Virus record (IMG/VR): IMGVR_UViG_3300006931_000002
Span: 51,478-115,477 of that record
DNA from: a virus
Strand: one strand, 5' to 3'
DNA: 64,000 nt
Shown: piece after piece, positions 1 through 9,552 of the stretch
How the letters are laid out: every line of letters starts with the position of its first letter
How positions within the stretch are numbered: position 1 is the first letter of the stretch
Made by a program: the position numbers and the translations under genes
The notes under the pieces: generated by a model
Told to the model about the DNA's origin: nothing
Database searches by the model: none
Seen by the model: the letters and a program-made list of their open reading frames with translations, nothing else

Positions 1-197
1 CACCACACAGGACGTCATCTGCGCCCACTGCACGATCGACACAAGGTCGTTGCACGCCAAGTACTACCCCGGCTGCGATGTCAGGTGGCATGACCTGCAC
101 GACCACCGCATGTCTTCGGCGACCCACGCCGCGGCGGTGCGCATTCTCCGCGCTGCAAGGGTGGCGGCTCGGTGAACCACTCCCGAAAGGATCAGCG

Positions 198-1106
198 TTG
201 AGTACGGCCAATGCAACCCAACCCCTCTTCCCCGTCAACGGGGACATCACCCTCAGCCCGGTTCCCCAGGTCCACATCGTCGACGTCACCCCGGCGATGG
301 CGGCCGAGTGGCTGACGAACCGTAACAACCACAACCGGAAAATGTCCGCGAGCCGGGTCGCAACCTACATCGCCGAGATGCGGCGCGGCGACTGGCAGTA
401 CAACGGCGATCCGATCCGCTTCGACATCAACGGAACTCTCCTTGACGGCCAGCACCGGCTGTCCGCAGTAGTCGGTGCTGCGGTCACCGCCCGGTTCGTG
501 CTCGCGACCGGCCTGCCGACCGAGTCCCAGGACACGATGGACCAGGGCGGCAAGCGCAACGTGAACAACATGCTCGACCTGCGGGGCGTTGCAAACCCGA
601 ACCATGTCGCAGCAGTCGGCCAGATGTGCTGGGGCTACGCGAACGACCGGCTATCTGGTGCCGCAACGTGGAAACGCGGCACACCCGCGCAGGTGCTCCC
701 GTTCATCGAGGAGCATTTGGAGTCGTTGCGGGCGGCGGTCGGACAGTCACGGTCACTCCGGAGGATGGTCACAACGAGCCTGGCGGCGGCGGGTACCGCC
801 TACTGGGTATTTGCCCGGGCCGATGCGGACGCTGCGCGAGAATTCTGGAGTCCTCTGCTCGATGGGGTTGGGCTGGCCGAGTCGTCGCCGATTCTGCTGC
901 TACGTTCGCGGCTGATCCGGGAGGCGGGCGCGTCCCGCAAGCTCCCCGCTAGAGATCTTCTCGCCGTGTACATCAAGGCGTGGAACGCTTGGTTGGCGGA
1001 CCAGACGATTTCACTGCTGGTGTGGAAGGACAGTCAGCCTTTCCCGAAGGCGATGACTCCGGCAGCAGCTGCCGCACTCGCTGCCGCCTTGAACGAGGAC
1101 AACTAA
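198..1106 (+). CDS. ParB/Srx-like N-terminal domain protein
   Basis: VTPAMAAEWL..NHNRK..GDWQYNGDPIRFD..LLDGQHRL motif; TTG start after AAAGGA RBS. Confidence 0.75.
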   Translation: MSTANATQPLFPVNGDITLSPVPQVHIVDVTPAMAAEWLTNRNNHNRKMSASRVATYIAEMRRGDWQYNGDPIRFDINGTLLDGQHRLSAVVGAAVTARFVLATGLPTESQDTMDQGGKRNVNNMLDLRGVANPNHVAAVGQMCWGYANDRLSGAATWKRGTPAQVLPFIEEHLESLRAAVGQSRSLRRMVTTSLAAAGTAYWVFARADADAAREFWSPLLDGVGLAESSPILLLRSRLIREAGASRKLPARDLLAVYIKAWNAWLADQTISLLVWKDSQPFPKAMTPAAAAALAAALNEDN

Positions 1107-1135
1107 GTCAAGGTAGGAGAGAAAAGGAGACCCCC

Positions 1136-1585
1136 ATGACTGATCACCCTGACGTGACCCGCTCTGCGGAACTGCTCCGCATGAAGGCCGGCCTCGTCGC
1201 CACTCTGATCGGTGAGATCGGCGACCTGGCCGGCACGATCAGCGAAGCGTCCCGCACGCCGGCCTCCGAGGACCCGGTGTTGGACGACCGGATCGGCCAC
1301 CTTGTTGCCGGTCTGCGGAAGCTGAACGCCGAGCGGGCGAAGCAGATCATCGACTCGGTGCTCCGTGACATCGACATCACGGGGACCGTTGACATTGCCC
1401 GCCAGGCGAAGGTCGAGATGCAGTCGTCCGGTTCGAAGGTGAACCAGACGACGTTGACCGATGAGCTTCGCCGCCGCGGGGTCGAGTTGGGGAACTACAA
1501 GGCCGGCGTGTTGTGGGATGCGGTCAAGGCCGACCCGGTGCCGTCGTTGAACGGCCGCCGCCCGCTGTCGGCGCTACCGCTCTGA
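1136..1585 (+). CDS. Hypothetical protein
   Basis: AAGGAG RBS; TGATG coupling to next gene. Confidence 0.75.
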   Translation: MTDHPDVTRSAELLRMKAGLVATLIGEIGDLAGTISEASRTPASEDPVLDDRIGHLVAGLRKLNAERAKQIIDSVLRDIDITGTVDIARQAKVEMQSSGSKVNQTTLTDELRRRGVELGNYKAGVLWDAVKADPVPSLNGRRPLSALPL

Positions 1586-2055
1586 TGACCGCCAAGGAAG
1601 CTCCGGACTACTTCGCCATTCCGGACCCGCTCGACGAGTCGAAGGTGTCCTACTGGTATCGGCCGAAGAACAGTGCCACGTTGAAGCCGTGGCCGCCGCG
1701 CCGCTCGAAGTGGGGGGTGCTCTGGTCGAAGGATGTTCCGTCCGATCTGCGGAAGGGCACGCCGGAGCGTCGGGCGTTTGTCAACGCCCACTACGCCCGG
1801 GTGGCGGCAGCGCGGCGGACGGCGAATGAGGTCATCCGTGCCGATCCCGCGCGGGCTGCTGCCCGATTCGCCGGGCTGGCCATTCGCTGCGCCTTCTGCG
1901 GCAAAGCGTTGACCGACGAACGGAGCAAGACATATGGCGTCGGACCCGAGTGTCGCAGTGGCACGCCGCGTGAAGTGGTCGACGCGATTGCCGAGCTGGT
2001 GCGCGAGGTCTACGGCGAGGGTCTGACCCGCAACAGTTCGGAGGTGGCATGCTGA
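1585..2055 (+). CDS. DUF6011-like zinc-binding protein
   Basis: CAFCGKALTDERSKTYGVGPEC motif. Confidence 0.75.
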   Translation: MTAKEAPDYFAIPDPLDESKVSYWYRPKNSATLKPWPPRRSKWGVLWSKDVPSDLRKGTPERRAFVNAHYARVAAARRTANEVIRADPARAAARFAGLAIRCAFCGKALTDERSKTYGVGPECRSGTPREVVDAIAELVREVYGEGLTRNSSEVAC

Positions 2056-2648
2056 TGGCTGAGGTCGCGCGATCGGATGCGGCCGAGTTTTACGGCAACG
2101 GCAACCCGAAGACTGACGCAGATGGCAACAGGCTCTGTCCCCATGGCGCCGGCGCAGATCCGGAGCGCTTCCGTTCATCAACATGTAACGACTGCCAGAT
2201 CGCGGAGGAAACCCGGAAGAAGTGGCAGCGCGAGCACGGCGACCCCCGCGAGCGCCGCCGTCGTACAGCCGATGCAAAAGCTAGGGCCAGAGCCGAGGGC
2301 ACTGTCTACATCGCAGAGAACGTGACACACGGATCTGTGAGCTCCGCGAGGTTTGGATGCGAATGCGAACCCTGCGCGAAGCTCCGGACATACATCAAGA
2401 GGTTCCGAAGAAAGGGACTCACGGCGTCAATGGCGGCAGCCGAATGGCGGCGTGCTGAGGCCGCGCTGGCTTTGGCTCAGCGCGAGTACCAGCGAACGAG
2501 GACTGAAACTGCCGCCCGCATGGTGGCGAACCGCTTGGCGGAACTTCGGGCACTCGACTTTCTGATGCGTCAAGCGCCCGGGGCATCAGGGTCGATGCAC
2601 TCCGGCCGGGGATCGGTTCGCAATCCAATCAAGGGGAAGGTCCTGTGA
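2049..2648 (+). CDS. Hypothetical zinc-binding protein
   Basis: CPHG..CNDC and HGSVSSARFGCECEPC motifs; GGAGG RBS. Confidence 0.7.
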   Translation: MLMAEVARSDAAEFYGNGNPKTDADGNRLCPHGAGADPERFRSSTCNDCQIAEETRKKWQREHGDPRERRRRTADAKARARAEGTVYIAENVTHGSVSSARFGCECEPCAKLRTYIKRFRRKGLTASMAAAEWRRAEAALALAQREYQRTRTETAARMVANRLAELRALDFLMRQAPGASGSMHSGRGSVRNPIKGKVL

Positions 2649-2694
2649 AGGGTCCTGAGGACAAGCCGCTCAAGCTCACGGAGAAGGTGTACTC

Positions 2695-2955
2695 ATGGCA
2701 GCGTTGAGCAACGGGCCAGTCGGCGAGATGGCGCCGATTGACGTTGACGCGATTGCCCGGGGGCCCGTGCGCAAGACTGCACCGCCCGTCAGGCCGATCG
2801 GCCCGAAGCTGCTGACCCACAACTTCCCGATCCGCCCGGATTTGGTGGTGCCGTTGACACTGCCCGCCGAACTGACGGCGGCGGACGCCCACAGGATCGC
2901 CGAGTTCGTGGCCGCCCTCGCATTCCCGGAGAGGCCGGCGACGTCCGGTGTCTGA
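2695..2955 (+). CDS. Hypothetical protein
   Basis: ORF overlapping next start; phage-like codon usage. Confidence 0.6.
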   Translation: MAALSNGPVGEMAPIDVDAIARGPVRKTAPPVRPIGPKLLTHNFPIRPDLVVPLTLPAELTAADAHRIAEFVAALAFPERPATSGV

Positions 2956-3241
2956 CCGTCTGTCGGCGTCGATCCGCCGCACCCACACCGTGTTCGAGGT
3001 GGGACGTCGGATCGGTCGTCTGATCGTCGCTTCGGTGCGTCTTGGCTGGCGTGCCGAGAAAGGTTCGACGGTGACCGGGGTGACGGTCGTCGCGTCGTCG
3101 TCGCAGGCGGAGACGCTTCTCTACAGCCTGGACTTGGCGCCGCGGCCGATTTCCAGGGCTGTGGAGATCGAGACTGAACGCGGCTGGGAAATGATCGGCC
3201 TGGACGCCCCGGACACGGCCGACGGGGTGTGGGATGTCTGA
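2948..3241 (+). CDS. Hypothetical protein
   Basis: 8-nt overlaps with both neighbours. Confidence 0.65.
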   Translation: MSDRLSASIRRTHTVFEVGRRIGRLIVASVRLGWRAEKGSTVTGVTVVASSSQAETLLYSLDLAPRPISRAVEIETERGWEMIGLDAPDTADGVWDV

Positions 3242-3458
3242 CGGCCCGCGCATCGAGTGGGGTCACCGTCTCGCCGCGGACTTCCCGGGCCGGGAGCGGA
3301 TGCGGGACCGCGACCGGATTCACGCCTGCCTCGACGAGCATGGCCGTCCGAATCGAGTGCCGTGCGCCAACCCGGATGTGATGGGCTATCCCATGGATCA
3401 TGTCTGGCGTCTGGTCACCGGCTGGCAGACCGGGCCGGTTCCGGAATGGAGACCCTGA
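3234..3458 (+). CDS. Hypothetical protein (EWGHR..HVWR motif)
   Basis: Coupled ORF; motif shared with next gene. Confidence 0.65.
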   Translation: MSDGPRIEWGHRLAADFPGRERMRDRDRIHACLDEHGRPNRVPCANPDVMGYPMDHVWRLVTGWQTGPVPEWRP

Positions 3459-3871
3459 TGGCCGAGTGGGAGCCGAGTCCGGTGGACCGTGTCGAGTGGG
3501 GTCATCGGAACCCGGACGGGTCGGTGTCGGGCTGCTGGTCCTACCACGCCAACGGCGCGGCTTTTCTGTCCAGCGAGCCATGTGGCCGGCCGATGTGGAA
3601 CGGCGCGCCGACAGTGCATGTCTGGCGCCGCCGCCAGATCGGCGAGTGGAAGGCCGAAGGCTTCGTCGACCCGGACACCGTTGCCGGAACACCGGAGAAC
3701 CTTCGGGCGCTCGCCCGGTTCCTGGCTCCGTACCGCTGCTGCGGGAATGTCGATCCCGCCGGCTGCGACTCCCGGTGCGGGTGGGACCGTCTGGGGCTGT
3801 CTTGGGATCTGTCGGTGATGGAACGCCGCGTCCGCGAGGAACTGGAGCGGCTGGAGAAGGTCGATGGCTGA
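3458..3871 (+). CDS. Hypothetical protein (EWGHR..HVWR motif)
   Basis: TGATG coupling, GGAG RBS. Confidence 0.7.
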   Translation: MAEWEPSPVDRVEWGHRNPDGSVSGCWSYHANGAAFLSSEPCGRPMWNGAPTVHVWRRRQIGEWKAEGFVDPDTVAGTPENLRALARFLAPYRCCGNVDPAGCDSRCGWDRLGLSWDLSVMERRVREELERLEKVDG

Positions 3872-4088
3872 CCCCCGCCTGAGTGCGAACAGGCAGGCGG
3901 TGACGATGGCGCCATCGGAGTCGGCTCTCCGCTCGGAACTGATCGCCCTTGTCGAGGCTCTTGAAACCGAAGCGTCGGAGGCCCGCGGCACGTCGAATCT
4001 GGCCATGGCCATGGAGGCGTCTGGCCGGCTGGTGGCCGCCTACCGGCTGCGCCGCGTCTTGAACGGGGAGGACTGGCGCGATGGATGA
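3864..4088 (+). CDS. Hypothetical protein
   Basis: Coupled ORF. Confidence 0.6.
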   Translation: MADPRLSANRQAVTMAPSESALRSELIALVEALETEASEARGTSNLAMAMEASGRLVAAYRLRRVLNGEDWRDG

Positions 4089-4677
4089 TCCTCGCCGCCG
4101 GGTGCTGGCCCGTGTCGAAACCGAGCCGATCCCGGCTGGCCTGTGGGACTCGTTGTCGGACGCGCTGATGGAGACGGCCGCCGGCTTCGGGGTGATGTGC
4201 GGCGGCCACGTCGTCGACTGCGCGGAGGACGGCTGGGAGCCGGCGCCGAGCGTCGAACCTGAGTCGTGGCGTCCGACCGGCGAGATCGAGCGGCTGCGCG
4301 CCGCGCTGGCCGAGACTGAAGGCGACCTTCTTCGACTCGTGCGGTCGATGACTGTTCCGTGGGAGCGGATACCGGAGGCCCGCAGGGAGAAGATCCGCCA
4401 GCGGTGCCGCCAGCTTGAAGCGGAGATCGCGGCCGGGGACCGTCCGGAGCCGATCGGCATGGAAGACCTGACGGTTTGGCTGTGGAAGTTGCTCGCCGCG
4501 GTCTTTCCGAACGCGCCAGCGAAGCCGATCAGCGCCGAGACGATCGCGACCGCTGTGGAGCATCTTGCGGTGCTGCATGATCTAGCCCGGGAGGCCGACC
4601 GGCCGTCCACGTTCAAGGAAGACGGGCAAACCTTGAACGCAGACGGCGGCCGTTCAACTTTCGACCGTCAAGGTTGA
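4081..4677 (+). CDS. Hypothetical protein
   Basis: GGAGG RBS; last gene of + block. Confidence 0.65.
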   Translation: MDDPRRRVLARVETEPIPAGLWDSLSDALMETAAGFGVMCGGHVVDCAEDGWEPAPSVEPESWRPTGEIERLRAALAETEGDLLRLVRSMTVPWERIPEARREKIRQRCRQLEAEIAAGDRPEPIGMEDLTVWLWKLLAAVFPNAPAKPISAETIATAVEHLAVLHDLAREADRPSTFKEDGQTLNADGGRSTFDRQG

Positions 4678-4680
4678 ACG

Positions 4681-5106
4681 TCAGGCCGCGTACCGGGTGA
4701 TGTCCCCAACCCGGCAGGTGTAGGGGCCGTTCGCGGTTTGCAGGCTGGAGGCGTCCTGCGGGGAGGATGCCTGTCCGGGTGCGAGGCCGTTGACGGAGAC
4801 GAGTCCGGTGCCGATCTGGGTTTTGCCGTCGGGCGATTCCATCACGATGTTGACGATGTAGTTCGACGCCTTCGACGAGTGGTTGGTGACGACCACCTTT
4901 GCCGCCGCGAACCCTGCATCGTCGGGCGCGCAGGCGGTGATGGCGACGTCCTCCGAGTGCGCCGGTCCGGCGCTGGCCTTCGCGGTCGCCCCACCGGTTG
5001 AGGTGGAGGCGCTGGCCCCGGTGGAGGTCTTGCAGGCTGCGAGACTGGCAGCGGCGAGCCCGGCGGCGGCGAGCATCACCCAGCGTCTGTGGTCGTTGCG
5101 TGGCAT
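4681..5106 (-). CDS. Lipoprotein, FxLYD-like Ig-fold domain
   Basis: Signal peptide with lipobox SLAAC, S/T/G linker, VTNHSSKASNYIV..GLAPGQ. Confidence 0.8.
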   Translation of the reverse strand: MPRNDHRRWVMLAAAGLAAASLAACKTSTGASASTSTGGATAKASAGPAHSEDVAITACAPDDAGFAAAKVVVTNHSSKASNYIVNIVMESPDGKTQIGTGLVSVNGLAPGQASSPQDASSLQTANGPYTCRVGDITRYAA

Positions 5107-5183
5107 GTGCATTCCCCCTTGCGATGTTGGCGGGGGGACGGTAGCGCACGTTTGCTCACAAGACAGCCACCGGGGGTGACCGA

Positions 5184-5199
5184 TCGAACACAGGTTCGA
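5184..5199. promoter_or_regulatory. LexA/SOS box, perfect match
   Basis: TCGAAC-ACAG-GTTCGA equals the actinobacterial consensus TCGAAC-N4-GTTCGA. Confidence 0.8.
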
Positions 5200-5427
5200 T
5201 GGAGGCGGGTGAACGCCCTCCATCCGGAGGACGCTAGACGTGCGAGCCGGTCCCCGGGCAGGTCCGCCGGGTCTTCGGATGCTGGTGATCTGAAATGACC
5301 CCAGCAGTTGCCCACACCGTCGAATCGCATGCGCCACACGTCGCCCACTGACCCTTGGCGCGTCCATCGTCATACTCCGGATCGGCATCATCCTGATCTG
5401 GCTGCCTACCCCACTTGGCCAAGACGA

Positions 5428-5940
5428 TCAGATCCTTTCCGTGGTGATGTACTCGCGATCTGCCCGTAGAGGCTGACCCGCAGACAGCGTATAGACGAAA
5501 AGCAGGCAAATCTCCGCACCCGAGTGGAAATCCACGCTGATGCCAGGCCGCCGGACCGAGGTCTTCCCTTCACCGAGCGAGTGGCGGCGCACCCGTGCGA
5601 TCTCCCGAGAGCCGCCATTGGTGACAACCGCGGCGAGCCAGCCTTCAAAGGCCGCCACATCGACCTTGCCTGACGTCACGTCGAGGCGGGGCAGCGTCAC
5701 AGGGGGCAACGCGGCGGCACCTTCGACGATCCGCTCGCCACCCACATCGCCGCCGGGCGGGCTGGCCCGCACGGTCTGAACGTAGATCTGCGCCCCTGTT
5801 GTGAACCGGAACCGGACCCCAGCAGGCTTGTCGTGGAACTGGTCGGTGTCGTCGGCGAACGTGACCGCCAGGTCGATTGCCGGGTCAGCGGCCTCGGCGA
5901 TCTGCCCCATCAGGTAGGTGGTGAAGCGTGGCAATCGCAT
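5428..5940 (-). CDS. Hypothetical protein
   Basis: GGAGG RBS before ATG (MRLPRFTTYL). Confidence 0.7.
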   Translation of the reverse strand: MRLPRFTTYLMGQIAEAADPAIDLAVTFADDTDQFHDKPAGVRFRFTTGAQIYVQTVRASPPGGDVGGERIVEGAAALPPVTLPRLDVTSGKVDVAAFEGWLAAVVTNGGSREIARVRRHSLGEGKTSVRRPGISVDFHSGAEICLLFVYTLSAGQPLRADREYITTERI

Positions 5941-6018
5941 GCGTCCTCCGGGTTGCTGGTTGTCCCTGACGGTAGGGCGGGCAACCCGGAACAACACAAA
6001 CCGAAAGTGCGTGTCGCG

Positions 6019-6279
6019 TCACGAGATGTCCGTGTTGTCCCGTTCCGCACGCCACCCGGGTCTGTTGCGGTCGAGCCATGGCTCCACATCTCGCCGGCGC
6101 CATACCCTCACGCGCCCGTCCACGGACGTCCACCACGGCGCCGGGAAGTCCCGATAGCGCGAGAAGTGGTAGGCGCGGGTCTTCGCCACGCCCAGCCACA
6201 GCCGAATCTCGGCAATGGTGATCAGCTCGCCTGGGGCTGCCCGGCCGTCGTCTGCCCCCTGCCCGTCGGTGCTGTCCAC
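6019..6279 (-). CDS. AlpA/Xis-like winged-HTH protein
   Basis: ELITIAEIRLWLGVAKTRAY..DFPAP..RVWRRRDVEPW. Confidence 0.8.
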   Translation of the reverse strand: MDSTDGQGADDGRAAPGELITIAEIRLWLGVAKTRAYHFSRYRDFPAPWWTSVDGRVRVWRRRDVEPWLDRNRPGWRAERDNTDIS

Positions 6280-6456
6280 AGGTTCACACGCTGGGGCTGA
6301 CCGTGCGGTTCCCCCGTACGTACTTCCGACATGGTCCTCGACGCGCTAACCTGACGTCCCAGTCGCGCGCCGCAACGGTCGCGTTGCTTTGAGACAGAAA
6401 AGCCCCGGGCAGGCTGGCGGGCCGACCCGGGGCACGACGCCATCGGAGGGCGCCGT

Positions 6457-6885
6457 ATGTCCACATCATCCCCGACGGACCCTGCGCCGGACCAGTCCAC
6501 GCCCAGACCACAGCGAACGTCCCGCGACGGCGGATTCTCGATCTGGCACAGCCACGTGACCGATGGCTGGGAAGCCCGAATCGCGATCGGCACATCAGTG
6601 TTGGACCTGGTCCGCGGCCTGTCCATGTACCTACCCGGCGGGGTGCGGCTCGTCGACACCCGACCTGATGACGGCTCTGGAATGGCGCTACTGGTGTTTG
6701 AGCCGGACGAGCCGGACGGCGTCGTTGACCGGATGCTCGCCGCGGACCGCGCGGAGCTGGGTGCAGACCTGGCCACGCTGAACCTTGAGGCCGGGCTCGC
6801 CGCGATCGTCGGCACACAGCCGGATGGCGAGACGACGCCGGACGCTGCCGGCTCACAGCCGGACCTGCATGGGGCGTCGTCGTGA
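6457..6885 (+). CDS. Hypothetical protein
   Basis: GGAGG RBS, coupled to next. Confidence 0.7.
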   Translation: MSTSSPTDPAPDQSTPRPQRTSRDGGFSIWHSHVTDGWEARIAIGTSVLDLVRGLSMYLPGGVRLVDTRPDDGSGMALLVFEPDEPDGVVDRMLAADRAELGADLATLNLEAGLAAIVGTQPDGETTPDAAGSQPDLHGASS

Positions 6886-7106
6886 ACGGCCCGTCGGTCG
6901 TCGTCATAACCCACACCGCCGGCTCCGACGACTGGGAGGTCCGTGTCCCCGTCCGTATCCCGTCGGCTGCGCTGATCTGGGGTCTTCGGACGCTTCCGTC
7001 CGGGCTGGGGCTGAACACTGCCGGCCCGGACGTCGAGGACGAAGAGGCGTTGCTGTTCCAGTTCACCCGGCTCAACCCGGCCACTGCCCGCGATTCCAAG
7101 GACTAG
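6882..7106 (+). CDS. Hypothetical protein
   Basis: GTGA overlap. Confidence 0.6.
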   Translation: MNGPSVVVITHTAGSDDWEVRVPVRIPSAALIWGLRTLPSGLGLNTAGPDVEDEEALLFQFTRLNPATARDSKD

Positions 7107-7146
7107 CGTCCCGCCGATCCCACACGCTTCACGGGGAGACACACGT

Positions 7147-8133
7147 GTGCCACCGTCCGCCCGCACCGGACAGGAGATGTCCTTGGACCACACCGACCGC
7201 CGCCGCATCCTCACCGCTGGGATTCTCCTCCCGGTGGGCCTCTTGACCGCCGGAGGAACAGTCGGCGCCAGCACGACCAGCGTCCGCACCGACATCGACA
7301 CGGGTGTTGCCGGCATAGTCGCCCGCTGGGAGTCGACGAACCTCGTCGACGTCCTCAACGCCACCCACCACTGGGCGTACCTGTGCCGCCAGCTCGGCAG
7401 CAGGGGCCGAGACTGGCAGTTGACCACAGGGCGGGTGGCGCTGCTCTCAGCCCGCGCACATGCCGACCTGGGCGAAACAACCATGGCGCTTGCCGAAGCG
7501 CAGAAAGCCCGGGTTTTGGGCCGGGCCTGCGGCGACACGGCCACCGAAGCCGAAGCGACACTCGTCGCAGCAGAGGTTCATGACGCGGCCACCCCAACGT
7601 CGGCGATCCCCCTACAGATGACACGGGCCGCACGGCGCCGCGCCGGCACATCGTGGCTGGGTGTAGCCGCCGCGTCGATCGAAGCGGCGATCCTCGCACG
7701 GGGAGGACCGGGCTCCGCATCCGACGTGATCGACGTGCTGCGGGACGCGGACACAGCAGCCCGGCTGCTGCCCGAACCGCGACCCGGCGAGTTCAGCCCC
7801 GGCCAGCTTGCCGCGTTCGGCGGCTGTGCTCTGATCCGAGCGGGAAGGCCTGACGAGGCGACGGACCGTCTCTCTGACGCCGTGTTCGACGAGCACGCTG
7901 CTCCGGGGATGGCGTCGGCGGTGCTTGTCTACCGGGCTTCGGCGGCGGTCGCCGGCCGCCGGTTCGATGAGGGTGCGGCGCTTGCCGGGCGGGCGTTGGA
8001 CGTGTCCGCCCAGAGGCCCACTGCATGGCTGGCCGCGTCGGTACGGGGTCAGGCGCAGACGGCAGGCGGTAAGGGCGGGTATGACGCCCTGGTCGGCCGA
8101 CTCGGTGGTTGGCCTGCGGCGGCAACGGTCTGA
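7147..8133 (+). CDS. Helical (TPR-like) protein resembling the C-terminal part of actinomycete XRE regulators
   Basis: DRRRIL motif then Ala-rich helical repeats; no N-terminal HTH. Confidence 0.6.
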   Translation: MPPSARTGQEMSLDHTDRRRILTAGILLPVGLLTAGGTVGASTTSVRTDIDTGVAGIVARWESTNLVDVLNATHHWAYLCRQLGSRGRDWQLTTGRVALLSARAHADLGETTMALAEAQKARVLGRACGDTATEAEATLVAAEVHDAATPTSAIPLQMTRAARRRAGTSWLGVAAASIEAAILARGGPGSASDVIDVLRDADTAARLLPEPRPGEFSPGQLAAFGGCALIRAGRPDEATDRLSDAVFDEHAAPGMASAVLVYRASAAVAGRRFDEGAALAGRALDVSAQRPTAWLAASVRGQAQTAGGKGGYDALVGRLGGWPAAATV

Positions 8134-8144
8134 GGGGGCGGCGG

Positions 8145-8485
8145 ATGGTCAACTCCTGCGGGACCTGCACTGGGCGGCAGAATTGAGTGCCTACGGCGAG
8201 CCGTCACCACCCAGACAGCCGTGCATCCGGTTCGCCGCGATCCCCTGTCCGACCTGTCGGGTGGAGCGGGAAGCGGTCGCGAAGGAACAGGCGGCAGGCA
8301 CGTTCGTCGCCACCCGCTCCCGGCCGGGGGCGAAGAACAACCTGCGGCCCCTAGGTGCGCGGCCTGCGGGCTGCACCTGTCGGACCGTCTGGAAGGCGGG
8401 TGAGGGGCCGGAGGCCGCCCGGGAGCGGCAGGGGTGGGGCGAGACCCGACCGTCGACACCCCAGGACGCCGGACCGCCTGTTTGA
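8145..8485 (+). pseudogene. Possible zinc-finger gene broken by a 1-nt deletion at GGG 8172-8174
   Basis: MVNSCGTCTG joins to AAELS..CPTC if one G is added, giving a CxxC pair; GAGGGG RBS. Confidence 0.35.
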
Positions 8486-8489
8486 GCGC

Positions 8490-9434
8490 TCACGCGGCTT
8501 TGGTCGGGTAGACCGAGCCGGTGCGTTCCAAACGTTCCAGCCGCGTGAGTACCACGGCGGCAGGGTCGGTGACGCACGCCAACATGCCGGCGAACGCCGG
8601 ATCGAGGAACAGATCGTTGAGGATGTCGAACCAGCCGTAGCGACACATCCGCGCCAACCGTTCGAGCAATGATCGGCGGGTGCGCGAGTCGCATTCGGGG
8701 ATGTCGAGATCGGCAGGCCAAAGCAGGTCGAGTAGCCAGTCGGCGTCGTCGTACGAGTCGTCCCGGTCGGCCGCGGGCAGCGGTGGGGTGGCCTCTTCGG
8801 TGCGCTGTTCGCCTCGGGTCGCGGGTGGTGGGGTGGCCTCGCGCGCACGCGCCCGCGCGGTCTGTGGTTGCGCTGGTTCAACTGCGGCGTGCTCCTTCGT
8901 CGCCCGCGACGCGAGGGGATCATCGTTGGCGTCGCCGCCGACGAAGGAGGTGGCCGCAGTTCCCGCGCTGGCAACTGCTACGTGGTCGCCTTCGGCTCCC
9001 CATATCTCTTCTGAGTGCGCAACCAACTTGCCGACAACTTCGGCCATTTTGTCGGTTGCTGGTTGCCGACAACTCTGCGGGACGGTGGGCAGCCGGTTGC
9101 CTGCTACCTCCGGCACGGACGCCCGGTAGAGCGCCTTCCGGCCGTTGCCTCCGCGCCGAACATGGACTAGCCATCCGGTCTTGACCAGTTGCGCCTTGTG
9201 ATAGCCAACGGTCCGGTCGGGCATGCCGGTGGCGGAAGCGATCGCGGCGTTCGACGCGGAGAGGACGCCGTCTGGCGTCATCAGTTCGGCGAGGTCGCGG
9301 GCGGTTGCTCGGAACACGCGGGCGGACGCTGGCCACTCGGCGGCACGGATGGCCCGTAGCCAGCCTGAGCGGTCTGTGGTGGGCGTGGTCTCAGTCGCCG
9401 CATGTGAGGGCTCGGAACAGCTAGAATTGGGCAC
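8490..9434 (-). CDS. HTH-containing replication-initiator-like protein
   Basis: SASNAAIASATGMPDRTVGYHKAQLVKTGWL..RRGG winged HTH followed by a low-complexity linker. Confidence 0.65.
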   Translation of the reverse strand: MPNSSCSEPSHAATETTPTTDRSGWLRAIRAAEWPASARVFRATARDLAELMTPDGVLSASNAAIASATGMPDRTVGYHKAQLVKTGWLVHVRRGGNGRKALYRASVPEVAGNRLPTVPQSCRQPATDKMAEVVGKLVAHSEEIWGAEGDHVAVASAGTAATSFVGGDANDDPLASRATKEHAAVEPAQPQTARARAREATPPPATRGEQRTEEATPPLPAADRDDSYDDADWLLDLLWPADLDIPECDSRTRRSLLERLARMCRYGWFDILNDLFLDPAFAGMLACVTDPAAVVLTRLERLERTGSVYPTKAA

Positions 9435-9523
9435 GTCGGCCTCGTAGTCCTCTTCGTCGGTGGTGCAGGTCGGCCCGACCCCGGCAGGCGCGCCAACGCC
9501 TCCGGGGTCATACTTTTGTCCCG

Positions 9524-9552
9524 ATTCTACTGGTAGCCGAACAGATGTGCGG
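9524..9552 (-). promoter_or_regulatory. SOS-like box plus TAGAAT -10 promoter of the Rep-like gene
   Basis: Minus strand CCGCAC-ATCT-GTTCGG, 7 nt, then TAGAAT. Confidence 0.6.

Noticed and set aside
2645-2707. A fifth frameshift joining MKGPEDK.. to ORF 2695
   Set aside because: ORF 2695 has a usable RBS and no motif supports the join
2676-4616. Long antisense ORFs (also 48116-50227, 39934-41484, 56206-57918, 44725-46206)
   Set aside because: Shadow frames of GC-rich coding genes; R/P-rich with no motifs
5076-5391. ORFs spanning the SOS box (5076-5348, and the N-terminal extension of the lipoprotein ORF)
   Set aside because: No motifs; lipoprotein has a good RBS and signal peptide from 5106
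7195-7260. Tat signal peptide (DRRRIL + hydrophobic stretch)
   Set aside because: This motif is common inside actinomycete XRE-type regulators; no clear cleavage site or secreted domain
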